Below, in pieces: positions 9,970 through 18,193 of a stretch of 64,000 bases of DNA. The position numbers and the translations under genes were made by a program. Numbering within the stretch: the stretch's first letter is position 1; each line of letters starts with the position of its first letter. Source of the DNA: Patescibacteria group bacterium (lineage in GTDB: Bacteria > Patescibacteriota > Minisyncoccia > Phycocordibacterales > UBA2100). The stretch covers positions 1,636-65,635 of the forward strand of contig JAKFXQ010000001.1 in NCBI GenBank assembly GCA_021731295.1, written 5' to 3'. The notes under the pieces are model-generated. The model made no database searches and was not told where the DNA came from. It saw only the letters and a list, made by a program, of their open reading frames with translations.

Positions 9970-11226
9970 TTAGAGCTTCTTATAAATCGCACTGTCTACG
10001 ACGCCGTCAAGAAATGCCACCTCCTCCTGTGCCCCCCGCAGATCCTTGATGCGGTCTCGAAACGCGGGCAATTTCTCACATAACTCTTTGAGTGCCGCCC
10101 GCCACTTAACGGAGTCCGTACCAGGATCGGCAATACCATTGTCCGTAAGATCCTGCAAGAGATTTACACCCTCCATGGAACCTCCATCGTCCATGCGCTC
10201 CGTGAGTACTTTGGCAATGTCGTCAGCTCCGACTGGAGTCTCTGGAAGTAGTTCAGCTATGATTGACTCGACATCGCGCGAGGCGCGACCAGTTTCGACA
10301 GCCGAAGATGGGGAGGCAGGTGCGCGAGTACTGCCCGGCAAAGCATCAACTGGCGGCGGTGTTGGTGCATTGTCTGGACGACGCACCATTCCCGCGTACT
10401 GCGACGCAACTCGGTCAATACCCGTTTTCACTATGGCCCTATCAGCCTCGATTCGTTCGCGGTGAGCGTATGCAGACTCGAGTTGCACCATGAGGGCCTT
10501 GATGGCTTTCTTTGAGTCTTTCGTCTGGTCTTCGAATGTTTTGCGGACACGCTCGTAACGGTCCATGTCCTCCTTCGTTGTGATGCCGCGACGCATTTGC
10601 TGCAATCGAGCCATTTTTTCGGCAGCGGTATTCGTACGGATCTCGTGATCTTTCATGACCGTCTCTAGTTTTTCAATATGCTCGTTGACTGGTCGCAGCC
10701 GCTCATCCACAACCTTCAGCGTACTCTCCATAGCCTTTGTCATTGATTCCGAGTGCATTAATCGACGTCTGTCGAGTTCGTCTCGTTGTTTGCTTACGGT
10801 CTCGTATGCATTAGTGGCGGCAAAGGCGCCGTCGCGCGCCGCGGTCATTGATGCGTCGTGCTTACTTAGGTGGCGGGAAGCGCGCCTGATGCGCATCTCG
10901 TTGATGCGATCTGAGAACGGCAGTCTCTTCCATTGATTTTCTGGGTCTTGCAACTTTTCGAGTCGTTCTTGTAGGGGCCCCCGTCCATCTTCTAGGCCGT
11001 CCAGCCTTCCATTCGTCTCGTCTGCACGAGATTTGAGAACGGCAAGGTCAGCTTCTGTAACCGATGCCGCCTTCGTGGTCTCTCTGTACCCCTTCGCTGC
11101 CGCACCCATGCGTGCGTCGAGCCCCGAAAGCAAATCGTTGGCCCATCGCTTTCCTGGCTTGCTGTCTAAACCAAGTTGTTTAGACTCATCCTTCAGTTCA
11201 GATACTTTGGGTGTCGCTTCAACCAT
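9970..11226 (-). CDS. Hypothetical long coiled-coil protein
   Basis: 418 aa ORF; heptad-rich middle, Pro-rich linker, small C-terminal domain. Confidence 0.75.
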   Translation of the reverse strand: MVEATPKVSELKDESKQLGLDSKPGKRWANDLLSGLDARMGAAAKGYRETTKAASVTEADLAVLKSRADETNGRLDGLEDGRGPLQERLEKLQDPENQWKRLPFSDRINEMRIRRASRHLSKHDASMTAARDGAFAATNAYETVSKQRDELDRRRLMHSESMTKAMESTLKVVDERLRPVNEHIEKLETVMKDHEIRTNTAAEKMARLQQMRRGITTKEDMDRYERVRKTFEDQTKDSKKAIKALMVQLESAYAHRERIEADRAIVKTGIDRVASQYAGMVRRPDNAPTPPPVDALPGSTRAPASPSSAVETGRASRDVESIIAELLPETPVGADDIAKVLTERMDDGGSMEGVNLLQDLTDNGIADPGTDSVKWRAALKELCEKLPAFRDRIKDLRGAQEEVAFLDGVVDSAIYKKL

Positions 11227-11308
11227 AGTTAATCGTTATCGGTAAGTGGGCGCACGCCCGTACCTCCATGATACAGAGAAGCTACCTCTTCGGAAACAGT
11301 TATACACA

Positions 11309-12319
11309 CTACCGCTTACTCATGATTGCCTTCTTGTAGACGTCGAGATGTTTGAGGGCCTCGCCGGTTCCCTTTACCACACAGTACTGTGCGTCTGCCG
11401 CGAGCTGGGCCTTTACGCCTGTGCGACGAAAGATGAGTTCAGGGAAATTGCGCAGCTGGGACGTGCCGCCCGTCATGATGATGCCGTTATCAATGATGTC
11501 AGAGGCTAGTTCTGGTGGCGTCTCTTGGAGCACGTCTTTGACCGCCTGCACCATGACGCGCAGTTCCTTGGCGACGGCCCGCACAGCTTCGTTCGTACCG
11601 AGCTCGATAGAGCGAGGAAGACCGGTCAGATAGTCACGCCCCTTCACGGTCATCGTGAGCTCTTCCTCGACTGGCACGGCAGAACCGATGGTGATTTTGA
11701 TACGTTCGGCCATCTTGTCGCCGACCGCTAGATTGAATGTTTTCTTTATATAGTCAGCTATCGCATGGTCCACTCTATTCCCCGCACACTTCACCGAGGT
11801 AGATGCCACAATGCCGCCGAGCGAAATGACGGCGACGTCCGTCGTGCCGCCACCAATGTCTACAATCATGTGTCCGCGCGCCTCGTGAATGGGGATGCCA
11901 GCGCCAATCGCGGCAAGAATCGGCTCTTTGACGACGTATGCCTGTCTGGCACCTGCCTTTGTTGCAGCTTCTACAACGGCGCGACGTTCTGTTGAAGAAA
12001 CGCCGGCTGGAACGGACACCATGACTTCTGGTCTGAAAATGTTGTATCTCCCCAGCGCTTTGCGCATGAAATAGCGCAGCATGGCTTCCGTAACGCGATA
12101 GTTTGCAATGACGCCGTCTTTCATCGGGCGATACGCTTTTATTTCATCGGGTGTGCGGCCAATCATCTCTTTCGCCTCATTCCCGATGGCAAGGATTTTG
12201 TTGTCGTCGGAGACGGCGACGACGGATGGTTCGTTCAAGACGATGCCGCGGCCGGGAACATATACCAATACTGTCGTTGTGCCTAAGTCGATGCCGAGCT
12301 TTGGAGTAAAGAATGACAC
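11309..12319 (-). CDS. mreB: MreB/Mbl paralog (second copy)
   Basis: LGIDLGTTT, KEPILAAIGAG, IVDIGGGTTD; GTG start 6 nt after TACAAT. Confidence 0.93.
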   Translation of the reverse strand: MSFFTPKLGIDLGTTTVLVYVPGRGIVLNEPSVVAVSDDNKILAIGNEAKEMIGRTPDEIKAYRPMKDGVIANYRVTEAMLRYFMRKALGRYNIFRPEVMVSVPAGVSSTERRAVVEAATKAGARQAYVVKEPILAAIGAGIPIHEARGHMIVDIGGGTTDVAVISLGGIVASTSVKCAGNRVDHAIADYIKKTFNLAVGDKMAERIKITIGSAVPVEEELTMTVKGRDYLTGLPRSIELGTNEAVRAVAKELRVMVQAVKDVLQETPPELASDIIDNGIIMTGGTSQLRNFPELIFRRTGVKAQLAADAQYCVVKGTGEALKHLDVYKKAIMSKR

Positions 12320-12351
12320 CTGCGCATTGTATCCACAGACCTGCCTTTGAC

Positions 12352-12382
12352 AAACAAACGGGGCGCCTCTTGGGCGCCCCGT
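12352..12382 (-). terminator. Terminator after purM
   Basis: ACGGGGCGCC/GGCGCCCCGT 10-bp stem followed by TTGTTTG on the minus strand. Confidence 0.65.
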
Positions 12383-12424
12383 GTCATTTGTGTGCACTCG
12401 TCAATATTTTCCGGCGGACGCGTG

Positions 12425-13531
12425 CTAGCGAATACTCATTGTCTCGCCAGCGAACTCGAGTCCTAGTGGCGAAATGACGACGCGCTTGCGGCCCGTCTCC
12501 ACGTAACCCGCATCCATGAGCTTGTCGCCGGTCTGGAAGCCGAGCGCGATAGCTTTCTCTGCATCGTCCGGATGCACGAAGATGGCAAAGCCCGCGCCCA
12601 TGTTGAACGTCTGGTACATCTCGCGCGTTTCAATCTTTCCCGCTTCTTGCATCATGCGGAAGATTGGTTGCTCGGGAGGCAGGCGTTCCAAGACATACGT
12701 GAACGCCTTCTCCAGACGCATGAGCTTGCGCCAGCCGTGACCGGTTACGTTCACGAGATACGAGATACGAATACCTTCGTCGAGAAGCTTCTCGATGAGC
12801 CGCGCGTAGATGCGCGTTGGCCGCAAGATGTCCTCGCCGTAGGTGAGCTTGGTATCAGGAACCGGCGTGTCGTATCGCTTCGGCAGTCTCTCGGCGATTT
12901 TGCGCGCGAGCGTGAGCCCGTTCGCGTGAATGCCATTCGACTGCGCGAAGAGAATGCGATGCCCGGGCTGGACATCGCCGCTGACTTTGCGCGTCTTCGG
13001 GAATATCTGCCCGACACACGCACACGACAGCGAGCATTCACCGGGCACGATGATGTCTCGAAGTACCGGCGTCTCACCGGGACCCCAAATCATCCGCGCG
13101 TCGTCACAGGCCGCCCGCCAACCCGTGCAGAGTTCGACCCAGCGTGGCTGGAATGCGAACCAGTCGGATTCGGCGACCTGCAGGTGCATGCTGGCATTCA
13201 CGGGCGCCGCACCAGAGGTAATGACGTCGTTCACTGCCATCGCGACCGTGTCGAACGCGTTGTGTCTCCAGAGATACTCTTTGCCACCCCACGCGAGACG
13301 TCGCGTCGCGACGTTCTTGGTGCCGAGGCCTTCATCCACGAACGCGAGGTACCGGTCAGGCAGCTCGATGAGGTGGGCACTTTCGCCACGGCTCGCGGTT
13401 ACGTCCACGACGCCAAGGCGCACGGCATTGCCCTTGGTCGCGTACGCGCAGACTTGCGCGTAGCGCTTGAACTCGTCCACCGGGTCATAGTCCACGCCGG
13501 CGTCTTTGTAGGTCAGACCTTTCGAAACCAT
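12425..13531 (-). CDS. purM: Phosphoribosylaminoimidazole (AIR) synthetase family protein, divergent
   Basis: LTYKDAGVD, EGLGTK, DTVAMAVND, GPGETP, SNGIHANGLTLARK, TFNMGAG; SD AGGGAG. Confidence 0.88.
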   Translation of the reverse strand: MVSKGLTYKDAGVDYDPVDEFKRYAQVCAYATKGNAVRLGVVDVTASRGESAHLIELPDRYLAFVDEGLGTKNVATRRLAWGGKEYLWRHNAFDTVAMAVNDVITSGAAPVNASMHLQVAESDWFAFQPRWVELCTGWRAACDDARMIWGPGETPVLRDIIVPGECSLSCACVGQIFPKTRKVSGDVQPGHRILFAQSNGIHANGLTLARKIAERLPKRYDTPVPDTKLTYGEDILRPTRIYARLIEKLLDEGIRISYLVNVTGHGWRKLMRLEKAFTYVLERLPPEQPIFRMMQEAGKIETREMYQTFNMGAGFAIFVHPDDAEKAIALGFQTGDKLMDAGYVETGRKRVVISPLGLEFAGETMSIR

Positions 13532-13599
13532 TTGTCTGTACTCCCTATGTGACCGCCCATGCGGTCCCGCGGGCACTCTGACACCACTGCGTATGTGGG

Positions 13600-13875
13600 T
13601 CAACGCTTCGGCTCCTCGATATCTCGCGGCTTTAACTCCCACCAAAATTTTTTACTGAAGTTCTTTGAGTCGCCGCAGACACGTTTTAAGTAGTAGAGGT
13701 CTTTGGTCGGTATGCCTTCGAGTATTTTTCCCATGTGCGCCATGGAGATTGGCGGGTAGTTGTCGCGGAGGCGCTGCGCATTCAAACGCTCGCAGAAATG
13801 CTCCATCAGCTCACCCCTTTCGGTCGCCCGAACGCGCTGTTGGGGGGTCTTTAGGTGGACTTGTATGTGCTTCAT
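13600..13875 (-). CDS. Conserved-looking small basic hypothetical protein (MKHIQVHLK...FSKKFWWELKP)
   Basis: 91 aa ORF with an ordered helical pattern (ERGELMEHF...TKDLYYL...FWW). Confidence 0.7.
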   Translation of the reverse strand: MKHIQVHLKTPQQRVRATERGELMEHFCERLNAQRLRDNYPPISMAHMGKILEGIPTKDLYYLKRVCGDSKNFSKKFWWELKPRDIEEPKR

Positions 13876-13883
13876 CGCAGCTA

Positions 13884-13912
13884 TTGTAACTTCCGATAAC
13901 CTGTTGTATAGT
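13884..13912 (+). promoter_or_regulatory. Sigma70-type promoter for a putative sRNA
   Basis: TTGTAA (13884-13889), 17-nt spacer, TATAGT (13907-13912); no credible ORF directly downstream. Confidence 0.6.
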
Positions 13913-13918
13913 GCGCGC

Positions 13919-14092
13919 CGCGTGGCACCTCGTGCCGAGCACCTCCGCAAGGGGTCTTCGGCAAGAGGTCGCCACCACCAGCACCCCCCGCTGGCTGTAG
14001 GCCTCCCCCCGGCACACAGATCCGTGGTGGCGACCTCATTGGAGCCCTTCTCTGCATTCCCCCCGTGTGCAGAAAGGGCTCCTTCTTTTTTG
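13919..14092 (+). ncRNA. Candidate structured sRNA with three CCCCCC loops and an intrinsic terminator
   Basis: 14-bp perfect stem 13965-13978/14024-14037 enclosing two C6-loop hairpins; third C6-loop hairpin 14041-14082 followed by a T-tract. Confidence 0.6.
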
Positions 14093-14120
14093 TCATATTT
14101 GCTTTGCTATAGTGCTCGCT

Positions 14121-14666
14121 ATGCGTTCCATCATTCCGATACAAGACAACCCGACGCTCCGTATAAAGGCGCGGACGGTGAGCGAGGACGAGATTGGCTC
14201 CCCCGCCCTCACGACACTTATTGCTGAAATGAAGGCACTGTTGGAAAAGGAAGAGTACGGTGTGGCACTCGCCGCACCGCAAGTCGGTGAATCACTTCGC
14301 GTGTTCGTCGTTTCTGGCGACGCAGTGCGCAGGCGCAAAGCATCGTACGATGACGCCGACGGCGAGGTTATTCCGATGGATCAGGTCTACATCAACCCCT
14401 CTATTGAAAAGATGTCTCGCACGAAGAAAGACAAGCACGAAGGCTGTCTCTCGGTGCGCGGCAAATGGGGCATGGTGCCACGCGCGGAGAAAGTCAGCTT
14501 GCGCTATCTCGACGAAACAGGAGCGGTGAAAGAACGTGGCGCTTCCGGACTTCTCGCTCACATCTTTCAGCACGAGATAGACCACCTCGAGGGCATCGTC
14601 TACATCGACAAGGCAACTGAAGTTTTCGATGACGAATCCACAGACAGTGATGGCGCGGAATCGTAG
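14121..14666 (+). CDS. def: Peptide deformylase
   Basis: GVALAAPQVG, EGCLSV, QHEIDHLEG; ATG 7 nt after TGCTATAGT. Confidence 0.96.
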   Translation: MRSIIPIQDNPTLRIKARTVSEDEIGSPALTTLIAEMKALLEKEEYGVALAAPQVGESLRVFVVSGDAVRRRKASYDDADGEVIPMDQVYINPSIEKMSRTKKDKHEGCLSVRGKWGMVPRAEKVSLRYLDETGAVKERGASGLLAHIFQHEIDHLEGIVYIDKATEVFDDESTDSDGAES

Positions 14667-14681
14667 TCGCGCTATCGTGGA

Positions 14682-15230
14682 GTGATGTTTAAAAACCATC
14701 TCTCGACCCTCAAGCTTTTTGCGTGGGTCTTTTATATCGGCGGGGGCGCGCTCTCATTAGCTCATCTTGCGCAGAATCTTGCTGAAGGTGCGGCGGCGGA
14801 TTTGTATTTCTCGATTGACGCCGCATGGGCGTTCGCTCTTCTCGGTGGAGGCTTGTACCTCGTCACACACGTGAAAAAGCTTCTGCCAAAACATCGGCGA
14901 GAAGTGCTGTTCGTTGTTACCGCCGAGTTCGCCTTCAGTGTCGTGTATAGCTCGGTGCTCTTCTTTATGTGGAACGCGCATCCGTTAGGAATCGAACCGT
15001 CTATCGGCCCCGACACGAGTTTTGTGTGGGGAGCATATCTTGCAGGAATCCTGTTTAGCGCTCTCGTCTATATGGTGATGGTGAATGCCATAAATGGCGT
15101 CGCGGGCGTAAAAGAAAAGCATTCTAAGGACCGCTCGGTCATCTATATGGCAATCGTCATAACGGTATTCGTTGTTTTCCTCGGCGCCATTTTCTGGGAC
15201 CCTGCGACGGGCACCTTCAACGTGCTATAA
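14682..15230 (+). CDS. Hypothetical multi-pass membrane protein
   Basis: About 5 hydrophobic segments; lies between def and fmt. Confidence 0.7.
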   Translation: MMFKNHLSTLKLFAWVFYIGGGALSLAHLAQNLAEGAAADLYFSIDAAWAFALLGGGLYLVTHVKKLLPKHRREVLFVVTAEFAFSVVYSSVLFFMWNAHPLGIEPSIGPDTSFVWGAYLAGILFSALVYMVMVNAINGVAGVKEKHSKDRSVIYMAIVITVFVVFLGAIFWDPATGTFNVL

Positions 15231-15237
15231 CTCAGGC

Positions 15238-16092
15238 GTGAACACGTCCCCGCGCATTGCCTTCTTTGGCACGGACCCGTTGGCCGGCCCCATTCTCGCT
15301 GAACTCGAAGCAGTTGGCATCACCCCGGCACTCATCGTTGCCGGAGCAGACAAGCTCGACCGAAAGAAAAATCCGGTTGCACCGACTGAAAAACAGTGGG
15401 CACACGAGCATGGCGTCGCTGTTCTCCAGCCGGAAAAGATTGATACGGCATTTCTGGATACACTTCGCGCGAGCGAGTGGGACCTCTTTATTGTCGCCTC
15501 GTACGGCAAGATTCTCCCGACGGCGCTCCTTTCGATTCCCAAACGCGGCGTCTTGAATGTGCACCCCTCACTCTTACCGCTATTGCGAGGCCCTTCGCCG
15601 ATTCGCAGTGCAATTCTTCACGACATGCAGGAGACCGGCGTCACCATCATGCAGATGGATGCTGAAATGGATCATGGACCAATAATCTCGCAGAAGAAAA
15701 TAAGGGTGGAACCTTGGCCGATGAAGGGACGCGAGCTCGATGCGCTACTCGCGAACGAAGGCGCACGGCTTCTGGCGTCGGTCGTCCCGTTGTGGCTCAC
15801 GGAAGACATCGAGGCTCGTGAGCAGAATCATGAACTCGCGACGTACTGCAGTTTTCTTGAGAAAGAGCACGGCGAAATTAACCTGTCAGATGATGCTCGT
15901 GCGAACCTGCTGAAGATTCACGCCTACGACGGCTGGCCAAGTGCGTTCTTCTTTGCGGAGCGCGCCGGTAAGCGCATGCGCGTACAAATCGTGGACGCGC
16001 ACATTGAACACGGAAAGCTCATACTCGATACGGTGAAGCCGGAAGGAAAATCGGTGATGAGTTATCCGGAATTTGAGCGCGGAAACGCTTGA
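15238..16092 (+). CDS. fmt: Methionyl-tRNA formyltransferase
   Basis: IAFFGT, VASYGKILP, LNVHPSLLPLLRGPSPI, MDAEMDHGPII; GTG start. Confidence 0.95.
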   Translation: MNTSPRIAFFGTDPLAGPILAELEAVGITPALIVAGADKLDRKKNPVAPTEKQWAHEHGVAVLQPEKIDTAFLDTLRASEWDLFIVASYGKILPTALLSIPKRGVLNVHPSLLPLLRGPSPIRSAILHDMQETGVTIMQMDAEMDHGPIISQKKIRVEPWPMKGRELDALLANEGARLLASVVPLWLTEDIEAREQNHELATYCSFLEKEHGEINLSDDARANLLKIHAYDGWPSAFFFAERAGKRMRVQIVDAHIEHGKLILDTVKPEGKSVMSYPEFERGNA

Positions 16093-16165
16093 CTTTTCGC
16101 GTATCTATGGCAGGTTGTACGTAGTGCTGGGGAGCACACAACCACGCGTAGAGGAGTTGCGTTCT

Positions 16166-16351
16166 ATGAGTACGCCTGCCCCGAACGAGAAACAGGTTAC
16201 CAAGGTTGTCCGCGCCGTCTTCGACCAAGAGCCTGTCGCCGTCGAGGCGATTCGCATCGGCCGGAAGGGCCAGTTCGTCGTCGATGTCGTCACGGAGACC
16301 GGCCGAGCCACGATCATGACGCCCTACAACGCGCGTCACGCCGTCCACTGA
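16166..16351 (+). CDS. Hypothetical small protein (61 aa)
   Basis: SD GAGGAG before ATG 16166; TTGACT at 16089; downstream terminator. Confidence 0.55.
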   Translation: MSTPAPNEKQVTKVVRAVFDQEPVAVEAIRIGRKGQFVVDVVTETGRATIMTPYNARHAVH

Positions 16352-16380
16352 TTTCGGACGAGCGCCCCACGACCACAGCG

Positions 16381-16409
16381 AAAAGCGCCGATATGATGTC
16401 GGCGCTTTC
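16381..16409. terminator. Bidirectional terminator
   Basis: AAAGCGCCGA/TCGGCGCTTT stem between convergent genes. Confidence 0.65.
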
Positions 16410-16418
16410 CATTTGTAC

Positions 16419-16781
16419 CTAGCCGCGCATGCGACGCTTCACTTCTCTTCCCTTCTTCTTGTTGTCCGTCGTGCGTGATTTCTTTTCTTTGCGAATTTGT
16501 CGCTCGATTTCTGAGCGCACGTCGTCAATAGACGCTTTGACGGTAGCCGCGTGGTTACGGGCATACAGCGGCTTACCGCCTGTCGTCAGGATGCGGATTT
16601 CCGTGTACCACATGTAGTCGCTGGTGTGCTTGCCGCTCGCTTTTCCAATTTCTACTTCACAGCGCGTCTTTCCGGCTGTCTCGGCGCCGAGCATTTTCTC
16701 TATCGCCGTGAGTTTGATGTCGAGGTAGCTCGCGATGTCCGGAGTGATTTTGTAGTTGGTTGCTTTCGTGCGGAGTTCCAT
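16419..16781 (-). CDS. hpf: Ribosome hibernation promoting factor (HPF/RaiA family)
   Basis: MELRTKATNYKITPDIASYLDIKL...ASIDDVRSEIERQIRKEK pattern. Confidence 0.82.
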   Translation of the reverse strand: MELRTKATNYKITPDIASYLDIKLTAIEKMLGAETAGKTRCEVEIGKASGKHTSDYMWYTEIRILTTGGKPLYARNHAATVKASIDDVRSEIERQIRKEKKSRTTDNKKKGREVKRRMRG

Positions 16782-16806
16782 AGGAATATCGTTACTGGGT
16801 ATGTAT

Positions 16807-17070
16807 TCATCGTATCACGGTGAAGCGTTTTTTGCGGGAGCGCGCCCCACTCACGAAACGCACCGCTTTCGGCGCAACGCCAAAGTACACGGCGAGTAGC
16901 TCGCGCACGCGCTCGTTTGCTGCATTGTCCTGCGCCGGCTCTTTCACGGATATGTCGAAAACGCCGTCGCGCGACTCTATGCGTTCACGCCGCGAATCAG
17001 GCGTTACGTGAACAACGATAGTGCTACTTTCACGCGGTATTGATGATGTGCTGGATGACCGTTTCGACAT
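16807..17070 (-). CDS. DUF167/YggU family protein
   Basis: VHVTPDSRRE...ISVKEPAQDNAANERV...VSGARSRKK; start uncertain. Confidence 0.85.
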   Translation of the reverse strand: MSKRSSSTSSIPRESSTIVVHVTPDSRRERIESRDGVFDISVKEPAQDNAANERVRELLAVYFGVAPKAVRFVSGARSRKKRFTVIR

Positions 17071-17461
17071 CTTCTTCAGAGACTGCCATCTGCTTCGCCT
17101 TTGCCGCTTCGATAATCACCTGGACTTTCGGTCCGTTGCGGACTCGATCATAGTCAGTCCTGTCCTTTCGGGCGAGTGCTTCCTTACGAACGGCGACGAT
17201 GCTGTCGAATGCCTGGTTGATTGCGGGATTAGAGCTAAGACTTCGCAACAGATACGCCGCGCCCGGAGTAAACGTTTCGGCATTCCCCGCATCAGGTGAT
17301 CCGGCTGTCTGACGGAGTCCAAATACTGTTCGAGGCGGAAAACCGCCGGCCTCGTATTTCTGATGTGTCGGGATGTCACCATCTCCGAATTCTTTTTGAG
17401 ACGGGATTTTCGGAATGCTGTCATCGCCGAATTCTTTTCGAGACGGAATGCTTTCAGACAT
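17030..17461 (-). CDS. Hypothetical protein with an N-terminal 14-aa duplication
   Basis: IPSRKEFGDDSIP and IPSQKEFGDGDIP; SD-like AG-rich leader absent. Confidence 0.65.
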   Translation of the reverse strand: MSESIPSRKEFGDDSIPKIPSQKEFGDGDIPTHQKYEAGGFPPRTVFGLRQTAGSPDAGNAETFTPGAAYLLRSLSSNPAINQAFDSIVAVRKEALARKDRTDYDRVRNGPKVQVIIEAAKAKQMAVSEEDVETVIQHIINTA

Positions 17462-17534
17462 AGAGGTGCTCTAGGTGAATATGTATACGTGCATAGTAGC
17501 ACGTACGACACTTTCGCCATGGCACAATGTGCCG

Positions 17535-18080
17535 ATGGACGCTCTTTTGGAGTGGGACACAGGGATGGCCGCCATCCTCTACTACATCGGCCGGATGCTC
17601 CCTGGCGGAGACATGCTCATTGTCGGCGTTGGCATGTACGCAACATTCGCTCTCGCCGCGCTCGGTGCCCTCTGGCTCATGCGCGCCGTTTGGCTCAAAG
17701 ACCCTCGCGTCATGGGGATTGTCTGGGCCGTATGCGGTGCGCTCGTTGCCCGTTTTGGTATTACCGAAGTCCTACAGTTCATTGTCGCCCGAGAGCGCCC
17801 GTACATGACGCTTAATCTCGACCCCCTCATCCTTCAGACCGACTATTCGTTCCCGTCTGGCCATGCGACCTTCTTTTTCGCCCTCGCCATGGGCCTCATG
17901 TACGTCGATCGTCGCCTCGGTCTCGCCTTTTTCGGCATTGCTGCCGCCATTTCCGTTGCCCGGATTATGGCTGGTGTGCACTACCCATTCGACATCCTCG
18001 GCGGTGCCCTTGTGGGCATCCTGACGAGTGCTGTGGTTATGTCTCTGCGAGGATTGAAATCTATTCCCCGTCGGCTATAA
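17535..18080 (+). CDS. PAP2 family phosphatase (BcrC-like undecaprenyl-PP phosphatase)
   Basis: RERP, YSFPSGHA, ARIMAGVHYPFDILGG. Confidence 0.9.
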   Translation: MDALLEWDTGMAAILYYIGRMLPGGDMLIVGVGMYATFALAALGALWLMRAVWLKDPRVMGIVWAVCGALVARFGITEVLQFIVARERPYMTLNLDPLILQTDYSFPSGHATFFFALAMGLMYVDRRLGLAFFGIAAAISVARIMAGVHYPFDILGGALVGILTSAVVMSLRGLKSIPRRL

Positions 18081-18101
18081 TCCCGCCACGTGGCAACACG
18101 C

Positions 18102-18147
18102 TATTCCCTCGGTACCTGCCTGCCGGCAGGCAGGGCTCAATGGTTGA
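18102..18147 (+). pseudogene. Duplicated tRNA-Asn 5' fragment interrupted by a 20-bp palindrome
   Basis: TATTCCCTCGGTA[CCTGCCTGCCGGCAGGCAGG]GCTCAATGGTTGA versus the intact TATTCCCCGGTAGCTCAATGGTTGA at 18191. Confidence 0.7.
18115..18134. repeat. Perfect 20-bp palindrome CCTGCCTGCCGGCAGGCAGG
   Basis: Sequence equals its own reverse complement. Confidence 0.9.
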
Positions 18148-18193
18148 ATCCATTGCTCGAATCGAGAAGCCGGAAAGGTGCACGTAAACATAT

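Noticed and set aside
3993-12319. Two mreB genes within 9 kb
   Set aside because: Multiple MreB/Mbl paralogs are common in monoderm and CPR bacteria; both look intact.
12572-13552. 326-aa plus-strand ORF antisense to purM, and many similar antisense ORFs in the track
   Set aside because: These are shadow ORFs expected from GC-rich codon usage; they show no motifs or expression signals.
13535-13605. Possible ZTP (pfl) riboswitch upstream of purM (GACCGCATGGGCG resembles the ZTP 3' end)
   Set aside because: The 5' GACUGRCG element and the pseudoknot partner are missing; a simple GACCGC/GCGGTC hairpin explains the sequence.
14682-15230. Membrane gene interrupting def-fmt as a mobile insertion
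   Set aside because: No terminal repeats or target duplication are visible, and fmt has its own leaderless promoter, so this looks like ordinary gene shuffling.
16807-17070. Possible frameshift at the DUF167 gene start (off-frame GTG near 17032)
   Set aside because: An in-frame ATG at 17070 overlapping the upstream gene gives a full-length protein; no slippery site is evident.
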